Shown here: positions 19,760 to 28,329 of the stretch, piece by piece
Position numbering within the stretch: the first letter of the stretch is position 1
Layout: every line of letters starts with the position of its first letter
Assembly (NCBI GenBank): GCA_031414955.1
Contig: JANOQV010000237.1
Span: 1-39,928 of the forward strand
DNA from: Pedosphaera sp.
GTDB lineage: Bacteria > Verrucomicrobiota > Verrucomicrobiia > Limisphaerales > SIBH01
DNA length: 39,928 nucleotides
Direction: 5' to 3'
Made by a program: the position numbers and the translations under genes
The notes under the pieces: model-generated
Told to the model about the DNA's origin: nothing
Databases searched by the model: none
The model's input: only the letters and a program-made list of their open reading frames with translations

Positions 19760-21151
19760 TCAACCACCCTCGGGAGCGGCCACCCAGCGCGGTTTCGATC
19801 GGCTGGCCTGCGGCTTGGGTTCGGTCAGACTGACCCGAGGGGCGCGTGGATATTCTATGAGGATTAGCAACATTCCGAACCACAGGAGATCGAGCCGGTC
19901 GAAGGTCGCCTCCGTCATGTTGTAGAACAGAGCGGGGATGAGGAACGCCAGACGCAGCGCTCCGAATGGTGCGCCGCTCAAGATGTCCCGCTTAATCGGC
20001 CGGAAGCTGAACGCAAACACCGCCACGAGCAGTCCCACGCCCAGATAGCCGTTGTTCAGATAGGTTTCGATGTAGCCGTTGTGGGCCTGGTTCAAATCAT
20101 AGAAGTAAGCCTCCGAAAGCCGATCCGTCCGGTCACCCAGCCAGAAACTGGAAAAACCGACCCCGAGGATCGGATTGATCTCCTCGCTCAACACCAGATC
20201 CCAGATCACCGTCCGCCCCGTGAACGTCATATCGCGCCCGACGAGTTGCACGAACGAAGCGCCGAGATCGACGACCGAATTCAGCAGCAGCAAAATAATC
20301 AACAACGCAGAGGTGTACAACCCGAACTTCCCCACCTTGCTCCGTATGGCCGGCAGTCGCAGCGCCAGCAGGATGGCTGCACCCAGAATCGTGCAGACCA
20401 GGGCGGTTGAGCTGTGTGCTTTGAACAGGAGCCAGCCGCACATCAGCAGCAGGAAACCATGCAGCGGCAGATCGAGCTTATCCGCGCCCCGGGCTTTGCG
20501 CCTATCCCATTGCCCGACCATCTTCCAGAACAGGAACAAGGTGCAGACGAAGAGCGACATCCCCATCGCGTTCTTGTTGCCCATGACCCCGCAATAATAC
20601 GGCTGGCCTGTCCATTGATCGTAATAGCGCCCCAGCGAAGGGATGTACTTCACGTAGACCACGGAGAAGGGAATCAACAGGTACCCGCAGCGAAGCAACA
20701 CGGCCTTGGCGGCGGTCACGGGGTCTTTCTCGCTCAGGATGACCAGCACCATCACGATGTTGCCGGCATCCTTGACCCAGCGCTTGATGGAAACGAACGG
20801 ATACTCGGACCACAAGCAACTGACGGCCAGGTAGCCGAAGTAAATGAACAGCCATTTGTTCTGGGAAAAGATTTTCCCCCACTGGAGACGCCGGGGCAGG
20901 AGCACCGCGATCCCGGCGGCGATGAGGGCCAGCAAAGCCGCGCGATCCAAGGGGCTGCCTTCCGAGAAATCCGAAGTCGCCTCTTCAATCCCCGAACCAA
21001 GCCAGGCCGAGACCGGCTTCGAGCCGATGACAATCACCCAGACCAACGGCAGCCAGAGACCCCAGGAAAACTTGGGCAACTGCTTGCTGTCCCGGGCGTA
21101 GAGCCAGAGGACGAACGACAGGCAAAGCAACTGGGCCAGCGTAGAGGACAT
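19760..21151 (-). CDS. wzy: Wzy polymerase / O-antigen ligase family membrane protein (Wzy_C)
   Basis: About 11-12 hydrophobic segments; GNKNAMG, TFTGRTVIW, NPILGVGFSSFW and QAHNGYIE motifs. Confidence 0.85.
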   Translation of the reverse strand: MSSTLAQLLCLSFVLWLYARDSKQLPKFSWGLWLPLVWVIVIGSKPVSAWLGSGIEEATSDFSEGSPLDRAALLALIAAGIAVLLPRRLQWGKIFSQNKWLFIYFGYLAVSCLWSEYPFVSIKRWVKDAGNIVMVLVILSEKDPVTAAKAVLLRCGYLLIPFSVVYVKYIPSLGRYYDQWTGQPYYCGVMGNKNAMGMSLFVCTLFLFWKMVGQWDRRKARGADKLDLPLHGFLLLMCGWLLFKAHSSTALVCTILGAAILLALRLPAIRSKVGKFGLYTSALLIILLLLNSVVDLGASFVQLVGRDMTFTGRTVIWDLVLSEEINPILGVGFSSFWLGDRTDRLSEAYFYDLNQAHNGYIETYLNNGYLGVGLLVAVFAFSFRPIKRDILSGAPFGALRLAFLIPALFYNMTEATFDRLDLLWFGMLLILIEYPRAPRVSLTEPKPQASRSKPRWVAAPEGG

Positions 21152-21208
21152 GTTGGCAGGGAGGGAAGGTGTGCTGGCTCTGGAAGCGAGCCGCGACCGG
21201 GGACGCGA

Positions 21209-22294
21209 TCAGCGCGGGCGCTGCCGCACCTGATCGAAGATCGAATCCATGATCCTCGAAGTGGCGAGGATTTCGCGGTAGGCGATGGGCGGAGGCCGCT
21301 GCTCGACGATCGACTGATAGAAACTCTCGATGAGATGCTTCATGCCCGCCTTCATGTGGAAATCACGGGCCAGGAACTGGCGCACATTGTGGACGGCGTT
21401 TCCGAAGTACTGTTTGGAAAAGGTCATCGGCGGCACGAATTGCTCCAAGTAGCTCTTGTGCCGGGCGCCACGCAGCTTGATCAGCGTCTCATTGTCCTGA
21501 TCCAGCAGCAATCCGTTCTTCGGACCGTAGATGCGAAACTGGTGCAGCGACGGGCGCATCTGGGAAGAGAACGTGAAGTAAGCCGTCATCCCGGAATCCT
21601 CCGATACGATCACGCGCAACTCATCCACCAGTTCCTCCTCGCCCAGGCGCTTGAGCAAGGGACTCACAAACCCATGCGCGATCACCCGCGGCGAATCGCT
21701 GCTCACAAACTCCGCGATGCGCGCGATGCCGTGGCTGATGATGTTGTGCAGCAGACCGCCCGGCAGCTTGCGCACCCAATGCTGCTTGTCCCCGAGCAGA
21801 GCTTTGGCGTAACCACCCGACTCGCCCAGTTCGTAGCAGTAATGGCTCTCCATGTGGACGGGCGCTCCGCCGAGATAACCATCAGCCACGAGGCTGCGCA
21901 TCCGGCGCGCGGCGTGGCGGAACTGGTCGTCGTGCCCTGCGGTGATCTTCAGACCCTTCGTCTGCGCCAGGGCGATCAGTTCCTCGGCGTCCTTGGTGTT
22001 CAGCGTGAAGGGCTTCTCAATGTAAACGTGGCAGCCGCGCTCCAGACATTGCCGCCCCAGATCGAAATGGCTTTGCGGCGGCGTGGTGATGTGAACCACG
22101 TCCGGCCGGGCCATCTTGAACATCTCGTCCAGATCGCTGAAGTGCTGCTTGATGGGAAAGCGATCGAACAACTGCCTGGCCATCAACTCCTCGCGATCAC
22201 ACACGCCCACGATCTCGCAGCCGGGAATCCGCTGGATCTGCGCGGCGTGGGAGTCGGAGATCTTGCCGCAACCGATGATGGCAACTTTGAGCAT
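21209..22294 (-). CDS. Gfo/Idh/MocA family oxidoreductase
   Basis: KVAIIGCGKI, HITTPPQSH and HVYIEKP motifs. Confidence 0.9.
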   Translation of the reverse strand: MLKVAIIGCGKISDSHAAQIQRIPGCEIVGVCDREELMARQLFDRFPIKQHFSDLDEMFKMARPDVVHITTPPQSHFDLGRQCLERGCHVYIEKPFTLNTKDAEELIALAQTKGLKITAGHDDQFRHAARRMRSLVADGYLGGAPVHMESHYCYELGESGGYAKALLGDKQHWVRKLPGGLLHNIISHGIARIAEFVSSDSPRVIAHGFVSPLLKRLGEEELVDELRVIVSEDSGMTAYFTFSSQMRPSLHQFRIYGPKNGLLLDQDNETLIKLRGARHKSYLEQFVPPMTFSKQYFGNAVHNVRQFLARDFHMKAGMKHLIESFYQSIVEQRPPPIAYREILATSRIMDSIFDQVRQRPR

Positions 22295-22314
22295 CTGGGA
22301 CTTCCTAAATCACT

Positions 22315-22920
22315 TCAGCGAAAGATGAGAATGAAATCATCGGAGCCGGGCGGAGAGAACCGCTCCACGACCTCAAAGTTTTCCTCCATCAGCGCGCGAT
22401 ACTTGTCGCCCTTGTTCGTGCCCCGCGTGCTGACATCGACGACGAACACACCGCCATCGCGGAGGTATTCACGGTAGCGAACCAGCACGCTTTTGAGCTT
22501 TACCAGCGGCACGTAATAGATGGATTCGCGGAACAGAATCACATCGTGCTTCTGCGCCGGGGCGAAGGTGATGATGTCCCCGACCACGTACTGGTTCTTG
22601 GGCCCGCGACCACTCTCCTGGCTGCGCTTGCCGGCCTTCTCCACCGCCACGGCGGAGATGTCCATGCCGGTATAGCTGCCGTAGCGATCCGCGTTCAGCT
22701 CATTGCCGGTGTTCCCCGAGCCACAGCCGAGATCGAGCACGCTGCCCTGGCGACAGTATTTTTCGACGCACTCGTAAACGTAGGCGCCGGGCGTGCGTTC
22801 GCAGTGGTCCCAACGCCCGCCGGCGTATTCCTGGTCCCACATTTTTGTCTTGGTTTCGGACGCGCCCCAGCGCTGCTTGAGCGCGCGGAGGACGTTCTGA
22901 AATCGTTTTTTCAAGCCCAT
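22315..22920 (-). CDS. Class I SAM-dependent methyltransferase
   Basis: VLDLGCGSG motif I, GMDIS, DVILFRESIYY. Confidence 0.88.
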   Translation of the reverse strand: MGLKKRFQNVLRALKQRWGASETKTKMWDQEYAGGRWDHCERTPGAYVYECVEKYCRQGSVLDLGCGSGNTGNELNADRYGSYTGMDISAVAVEKAGKRSQESGRGPKNQYVVGDIITFAPAQKHDVILFRESIYYVPLVKLKSVLVRYREYLRDGGVFVVDVSTRGTNKGDKYRALMEENFEVVERFSPPGSDDFILIFR

Positions 22921-22932
22921 GCGATGGTTCTC

Positions 22933-23994
22933 CTAGCGCCGCTTCTGCCGGCAGCTTTCAAAGTAGCGGTTGAACGCCTCACTCGCTGGAACCTTGGGTT
23001 TCCAACCCAGCCGGCTCTTGAGCTTCTCGTTGGTGTAACGCGACTTCTTCCAGTAGGCGTGCCATGCCTTGCGGTTGAAGGCCGGCGGCAACTGGCCCTC
23101 CGACCAGTCCGCGTATTTCTCCCAGAGGTGGCAGAGCAGATAGCTGGCAAATTTCGGCACGTAGATGGAACGGAACTTCTTCACGTTCTTTTTGTAGAGG
23201 CGCAGGAACCGGCGGCTGCTCGGCAGATCGTCATCCACCACATTGAAGATTTCCCCGTCCACGCCGGGCTGCAACCCGGCCAGCACAATCGCCTCCGCGC
23301 AGTTGTCCACGTAGCTGAACGGGATCGGATTGCTGCCGCCAAGGTGAAGGAAAATCCCGAATGTGCCCAAGCCGACGCGCCCCGTAATGCCTTCATTGCC
23401 CGGACCATAAACGAAGCCCGGCCGCAGAATCACGTAGGGGAGCTTGTGCTTCTTCCCATAATCCATCACCAACTCGTCCTGCTTGACCTTGGCGAAGCTG
23501 TAGGCATCGCCGCGCTGTTCGGGGCGTTTTTCCATCGGACAAGTCTCGTCGAGCAACCGGCCGTTGGGCTTATCGCTGTTGGAGTAGACCGAGAAGGAAC
23601 TGATGCTGACGATGCGCTTGAGGCAGCGATGCTCCACAACCGCGTCGAGCAGATTGCGCGTCGTGACCACGGAGTTCATGAAGGCGTCGGGGTAGGATTT
23701 CTCGCCCCGGCCCGCCGCCAGATGATAGATGACCGCGACCTCCTTGGTGATGGCGGCGCAATCCGGGCGCGAGAGCAGGTTGCCGCGAATGATTTCAATC
23801 CGCGCCGTGTCCCCGCACCGGCTCTTGATCGCTTCTAGCTTGCCCGTGTCGCCCGAAGGACGGGCCAGGCAGCGCAGATTGCGGAAGCCGCGCTCAATGA
23901 GGCTCTCCACCACGCGCGAACCGATGAACCCCGAGGCTCCGGTGATCAAAATCGGATCGTCCGCGTGGATGATGCTGTTGCCGTTGGGTGCCAT
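22933..23994 (-). CDS. NAD-dependent epimerase/dehydratase (SDR)
   Basis: Start placed at ATG 23994, since the longer ORF overlaps the upstream gene. ITGASGFIG, YSFAK and LRPGFVYG motifs. Confidence 0.88.
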   Translation of the reverse strand: MAPNGNSIIHADDPILITGASGFIGSRVVESLIERGFRNLRCLARPSGDTGKLEAIKSRCGDTARIEIIRGNLLSRPDCAAITKEVAVIYHLAAGRGEKSYPDAFMNSVVTTRNLLDAVVEHRCLKRIVSISSFSVYSNSDKPNGRLLDETCPMEKRPEQRGDAYSFAKVKQDELVMDYGKKHKLPYVILRPGFVYGPGNEGITGRVGLGTFGIFLHLGGSNPIPFSYVDNCAEAIVLAGLQPGVDGEIFNVVDDDLPSSRRFLRLYKKNVKKFRSIYVPKFASYLLCHLWEKYADWSEGQLPPAFNRKAWHAYWKKSRYTNEKLKSRLGWKPKVPASEAFNRYFESCRQKRR

Positions 23995-24038
23995 GTCTGA
24001 GTGAAGAGCCGTTGCGAATGCGAAGTCTCGGTGACGGA

Positions 24039-25874
24039 TCAATTCGCGTAACTCGCCTCGACCAGTTGCCGCTGGATGAGTTCGCTGGAGAGAATTTTGT
24101 GGATCTCGAGAGTGTAGTTCCGATAGCCGCCGAGATGGCCCTTGACCATTTCCTCGAGACGATGCCCCTGAAGGTACGGCCGGTTCCGCGTGCGCGGATC
24201 GAGCAGGATTTCCCGGACGTACTTCGCCCAATGGTCGCGGTAATAGACGCGAAAGTGATGGAACTTGTGCCGCCCCAGCCAGAGTCGCTCCAAATGCAGG
24301 GGCGAAAAACAATTGTCGAGACGCGCCAACCACTGCGGCATGCCGTAGTCGTAGGCGTATTCGGCCTTGAAGGTGAACTGCTGGAACTGATGCCAGGCCT
24401 GCATCACGCCGGGAATGGCGCGCACGGCCAGGCCGCGATCCGTGCCCACGGCGGCCAGCGCGGGATTTCCTTCCGAGATGAGCCGGAGCGCGGGGTCGTT
24501 GCTCTCGGCGATTTCCAGCGGCGCCTGATAGGAAAGCGCCACCAGTTCGTTGTCGAAGTAGGGCATCCGCAGGGTCAGGAACGAACGTTCCACCGAGAAC
24601 TTCGAACACATGTACCACGGGGTCTGTTTGAAGGCCGTGAAGGAGAGCTTGTGCCCCTGCAACTCGTGAAAGTAAGTCGTGGCGGCGGTGCGGGCGGACT
24701 CCTGCATTTCACCTTGCAGCAGCTCCGCCCCGTGGCTGGTCGGCTTGAAGGCCACGAGCCGGCGCAGGATTTCGCCGCCGTTGGTCCCGGTCACGCGCAC
24801 CGGTGCAATCTGCCGCGCCGCTCGTTGCACATAGAGATCGATGGCCCCGGTGACATCCATCGCGCCATCGCTGAGGTAAACCGTTTTCTCGGCGAGTGAT
24901 TGGAAGTCGGAGAGGAATTCCTTTTCGACGGCGATGACCTGGTGCGGCTGCTTGCAGATCCGCGCCACCTCCCGAGCCAGTTTCACATCCCGGCACTCGC
25001 GATACGGTCCGCCGAAAGTGTAGCAGGCAAGCGCGCCCTCCGGGACGGGCAGCCACGACAGAATCATCCGGCTGTCCACCCCGCCGGTCAGCGACAACCC
25101 CACCCGATCTTTGCCCCTGAAATAGCGCGGCAACACGCGGGCCCAGGTTTCCTTCAGCTTCGCGTAATAGTCCTCCGCGCCCAGCGCCGGCAGTTGTTCC
25201 CACAACTCCTTCCGGAAATAAGTTTCCTTGCGCACACGGTGGCCGGGCGCGAAGGACCAGACCGAGGCTCCCGGCAGCAACGAAACCCCGGCAAACAGCG
25301 TCCGGTTCTGGAGCGCGCAGCCGCAGGAGAAAAATTCGCCGAGGCTCGCGGTATCCAGCCGACGCAGTTCGGGCAGCACTTGCAGAAGCGCCTTGGCCTC
25401 GGAGGCGAAGAACACGCCCCGCTCATTCTCGTGGACGTAAAGCCGGTTCAGGCCGAAGCGATCATTGAAGATCAGGACCTTCTTTTCTCGCAGATCAACG
25501 ACCACGCCGGCGAAGCCGCCATTCAGCGTCTCCAGAAATCTGGCACCCTGTTCCTCGTAGAGATGAACGAGGTAGCTGGCGTTCTCCGGATCGAAGGAAT
25601 GCCCGCGCGCCCGCAACGCCTCGAGTTCCGCCGCATCGCGAAAGTCTTCGCCCGAAAAAATCAGGCAGACATCGCGCGTCTCGTTCCAGACCGGCTGGCA
25701 GTCCGCGAAAGTTTCCGCGTGCGACACCCAGCCCGCCCAAAGATTCAGCGCCGGGTTGACGTAGGTGCCGGGGCGATCAAATCGCTCATGCACCATGCGC
25801 CGCACCATCGCGTCCAGCATGGTGCCGTGCCCTTCACCCGTCCCCTGCCCTATGAATCCAACAATCCCAGCCAC
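24039..25874 (-). CDS. Asparagine synthetase B-like amidotransferase/amide ligase lacking the N-terminal Cys
   Basis: GTG start, MAGIVG. LNGGFA..NDRFG..LY..FFASEAKALL glutaminase-domain motifs; PP-loop SLTGGVDSR; LRMPYFDNELV. Confidence 0.88.
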   Translation of the reverse strand: MAGIVGFIGQGTGEGHGTMLDAMVRRMVHERFDRPGTYVNPALNLWAGWVSHAETFADCQPVWNETRDVCLIFSGEDFRDAAELEALRARGHSFDPENASYLVHLYEEQGARFLETLNGGFAGVVVDLREKKVLIFNDRFGLNRLYVHENERGVFFASEAKALLQVLPELRRLDTASLGEFFSCGCALQNRTLFAGVSLLPGASVWSFAPGHRVRKETYFRKELWEQLPALGAEDYYAKLKETWARVLPRYFRGKDRVGLSLTGGVDSRMILSWLPVPEGALACYTFGGPYRECRDVKLAREVARICKQPHQVIAVEKEFLSDFQSLAEKTVYLSDGAMDVTGAIDLYVQRAARQIAPVRVTGTNGGEILRRLVAFKPTSHGAELLQGEMQESARTAATTYFHELQGHKLSFTAFKQTPWYMCSKFSVERSFLTLRMPYFDNELVALSYQAPLEIAESNDPALRLISEGNPALAAVGTDRGLAVRAIPGVMQAWHQFQQFTFKAEYAYDYGMPQWLARLDNCFSPLHLERLWLGRHKFHHFRVYYRDHWAKYVREILLDPRTRNRPYLQGHRLEEMVKGHLGGYRNYTLEIHKILSSELIQRQLVEASYAN

Positions 25875-25923
25875 GAATTATTCCCTCGTCAGTTGTCCAT
25901 GTCCTGCCGCCCAAATCCCTGCT

Positions 25924-27600
25924 TCAGAACGAAGCATTGGTTCCGTACACGTAACGCCAGCCCGCCGGAAGGTTGGTCAGCGCCAGGGACGGAGAATTCA
26001 CGTTGAATGGCGGCCAGGGCATGCTGCCGAAAAACGCCGGCTTGCTTGTGAGGTAAAGCGAGGCCGGCAAGTCGTTGGTCGTGAAGCCGCCGTTGAGCAC
26101 GATGCCACTGTTCGTGGCGGTTACGGTGTCCCAGTTCACGACCAGCAAGGCGTCGGTGACGGCCGGAGTGTCGAACCGCGTGCTGAAACCGCAACCGTAG
26201 TTGACGAAATAACCAAACTTGAAAATCGGTCGTGACTCGTCCTGGCAAGTCTGCGTGGGAGCAAAGGCGTAGGTGTTGTGCCAGCCCGGATAGCCCAGGA
26301 CGTTGCCCACGATGTTGCAATGACGGTTGTAGTACTCGATCGACACCACGGTTTGATCCCGGATCAGGGGAGCCTGGTATCCGAGCACGCGATTGCGGAA
26401 CACCGTGTTATGTCCGCCACTGCCGTGACTCCAGTCGAAGAGCACCTTGTTCTGGCAATAGTTTCCTTCCCACAGGTTCATGTAAGCGTGAACGCCGTGC
26501 GTGGAGACGGATGGTGCCTGGCCCGAGATAGACACGCCGTCCAGGATGCAATTGTAGGCCATGACATTCCCGCTGGAGCCATACTGAACGGAGAGCGGCC
26601 CGTGCAGGTGCTTGAAGATGTTGTTCTCCACCAGACAGGCCGAAGTCACATGATAAAAACCGACGCCGTACCCCTGGCCGCTGCCGTAGTAGTGGGAATC
26701 CGTGAAGACGGAATCGCGAATTTCGCAACGGTAGGAGAACGCCGTGTGCAGGTGGATGGTGCCCGGGACATTGGTGAACACCATGTTCCTGATCCATGAA
26801 TTGTCACAGTTCTCCATGGTGACCATGTCGCCCGAGGCGTAGGCATAACTCGCTTCGAGGGTGAACGACTCCAGACCCGCCCTCCGCAACGGCCGAAACT
26901 GGGCGGGGTTGTAGCCGCATTGCGCGATCTGCGAGAGCCGGGAGGTCGGATAAAGATCGTAGGTCGGGATTTCGAGCGAGATGCTGTCCGCCGTTTTCGC
27001 CGTCACCTTCACGGTCTGTCCGCGGCCCCGCGGTCCGGCCCCGGCGATTTCCCGGTAGCTCCGCGCCGTCTCGTTCTCCGAGGTGTCCACCGCGTACACC
27101 TCGTTTGTGTCGTCGAGGGAATCCAGAATGTAAATGCCGCCCACCACAATCCAGGAAGGCATCTCGGCCAGATGCAGAACCGTCGAACCCTTGGCCGCAT
27201 CCTGGCTCAGGTTTACGGAATTGGTCAGCGCCTCCTCCCGGAACTGCTCCCCGCGCATGTAAATGTAGCCGTTGGTCAGGACCATTCGAGTCTGAGCCGG
27301 TGAGAAGCCGCGCATGATCTTGCCGCTTCCAATGTAGTTATAGTCGATGTCTCCGCCGACGATGAAAGTGCCGGGGCAGAGCATCACCACCTGGTTGCTC
27401 GGGCAGCGGCCCATCGCCTGACGAATCATGTCCCCATCGTCGCCGCCCGTCGGATAGAGGTTGGTGTAAATCGTCGTCACCGTGGGAATGCCGCCGGCCA
27501 CGCCCACGTTGCCCTGCCACGACACCCGTCGGCTGTCCGGAATAATCTGCGCCGCAAACGAGGTCAGGGCGCACAGAATAAGAGTGAGGATCAACTTCAT
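25924..27600 (-). CDS. Secreted right-handed beta-helix protein, paralog of the catalytic part of 16577-19480
   Basis: Signal peptide MKLILTLILCALTSFAA. Shared blocks: AFSYxCEIRDS, ENNIxKHLH, EGNxCQNK, HGSGG..NTxFRNRV, SIExYNR, PxSxYL..KP..FG..PWP. Confidence 0.85.
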   Translation of the reverse strand: MKLILTLILCALTSFAAQIIPDSRRVSWQGNVGVAGGIPTVTTIYTNLYPTGGDDGDMIRQAMGRCPSNQVVMLCPGTFIVGGDIDYNYIGSGKIMRGFSPAQTRMVLTNGYIYMRGEQFREEALTNSVNLSQDAAKGSTVLHLAEMPSWIVVGGIYILDSLDDTNEVYAVDTSENETARSYREIAGAGPRGRGQTVKVTAKTADSISLEIPTYDLYPTSRLSQIAQCGYNPAQFRPLRRAGLESFTLEASYAYASGDMVTMENCDNSWIRNMVFTNVPGTIHLHTAFSYRCEIRDSVFTDSHYYGSGQGYGVGFYHVTSACLVENNIFKHLHGPLSVQYGSSGNVMAYNCILDGVSISGQAPSVSTHGVHAYMNLWEGNYCQNKVLFDWSHGSGGHNTVFRNRVLGYQAPLIRDQTVVSIEYYNRHCNIVGNVLGYPGWHNTYAFAPTQTCQDESRPIFKFGYFVNYGCGFSTRFDTPAVTDALLVVNWDTVTATNSGIVLNGGFTTNDLPASLYLTSKPAFFGSMPWPPFNVNSPSLALTNLPAGWRYVYGTNASF

Positions 27601-27610
27601 AGGCTTTGCT

Positions 27611-28096
27611 TCAGGTGGAAGATAATTCCGTGCTCTTCATCCGCAACACCTTGTTGTGGCCGACCACCACGGAGTAAGCGGGCACGCTCTCGGTCACCAC
27701 GGCGTTCGCGCCAATGATGGACCATTCACCGATGGTGATGCGGCCCAGAATTTTGGCGCCCGGCCCCACATACACGCCTTCCTTCAAAATGGGATCGCCG
27801 TCATCCTTCATCACTCCGGCGTAGGGACTTTTGCACCCGAGAGTCACTTGTTGCAGGAGCACAACATCATTGGCCAGTTGCGCCTGTTCCCCCGTCACGA
27901 TGCCAAGCGGGTGCGGGATGAACAACCGCTTCGGGATCACGCAGGCGATCTGACATCCCAACAGGAGACCGATCAACTTGCCGGTCCGGCGCCACCCGCG
28001 CCGTAAACAACTCAGGTACAAGGCGGCGAGCTTGCCGTTCTTGATGCACGGGTTCTTGGGATATGACTTCCCATGATCTGATCCCTCTTCACGCAT
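27611..28096 (-). CDS. Hexapeptide-repeat (serine acetyltransferase-like) acetyltransferase
   Basis: IPHPLGIV, QQVTLG and VYVGPGAKILGRITIGEWSIIGANAVVTESVP left-handed beta-helix motifs. Start uncertain (ATG 28096 or GTG 28102). Confidence 0.82.
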   Translation of the reverse strand: MREEGSDHGKSYPKNPCIKNGKLAALYLSCLRRGWRRTGKLIGLLLGCQIACVIPKRLFIPHPLGIVTGEQAQLANDVVLLQQVTLGCKSPYAGVMKDDGDPILKEGVYVGPGAKILGRITIGEWSIIGANAVVTESVPAYSVVVGHNKVLRMKSTELSST

Positions 28097-28121
28097 AACC
28101 ACCGCCGATGACTGCTGGAAT

Positions 28122-28158
28122 CTGAAAGCCGGCCCCGGCCAAAGTGACCGGCCCGGCT
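28122..28158 (-). terminator. GC-rich hairpin just downstream of the tRNA-like gene (weak terminator or processing signal)
   Basis: Minus strand AGCCGG-G-CCGGTCA-CTT-TGGCCGG-GG-CCGGCT followed by TTCAG; the U-tract is short. Confidence 0.45.
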
Positions 28159-28169
28159 GATGTGATGAA

Positions 28170-28244
28170 TGGAGCCGGCGAGAGGGTTTGAACGCTCCAC
28201 CTTCCGATTACAGATCGGACGCTCTACTTTTGAGCTACACCGGC
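28170..28244 (-). tRNA. Non-canonical tRNA-Thr(UGU)-like gene with encoded CCA
   Basis: Minus strand GCCGGTG TA GCTC AAAAGTA GAGC G TCCGA TCTGTAA TCGGA AGGT GGAGCG TTCAAAC CCTCT CGCCGGC T CCA. It has a 7-bp acceptor stem, 4-bp D stem, perfect 5-bp anticodon stem, UGU anticodon, TTC loop and CCA. Deviations: no D-loop GG, C at position 33, bulged or mismatched T stem. Confidence 0.88.
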
Positions 28245-28266
28245 ATTAAGGAAAACGGGCGGCGAT

Positions 28267-28296
28267 GCTTTAGTTCACATCCAACGAACCCGTCAA
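28267..28296 (-). promoter_or_regulatory. Putative sigma-70 promoter for the tRNA-like gene
   Basis: TTGACG (28296-28291), 18-nt spacer, TAAAGC (28272-28267), then a GC-rich discriminator-like ATCGCCGCCC; ends 22 nt before the tRNA 5' end. The -10 is weak. Confidence 0.45.
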
Positions 28297-28329
28297 CGTC
28301 AGACTTCATCGGCAGCCCGCGATAAACCA

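Noticed and set aside
23995..24618. 208-aa N-terminal extension of the SDR ORF 22933-24618
   Set aside because: It overlaps the AsnB-like gene in another frame. SDR homology begins just after ATG 23994.
16544..26006. Long + strand ORFs 16544-18580, 20414-22477, 22546-23838 and 24900-26006
   Set aside because: They are antisense to well-supported minus-strand genes, as expected in high-GC DNA.
28170..28244. tRNA as an integration-site (att) remnant of a genomic island
   Set aside because: No integrase and no duplicated tRNA 3' end were seen in the window. The gene is full length with CCA and is flanked on both sides by same-pathway genes. Simple pseudogene decay cannot be fully excluded.
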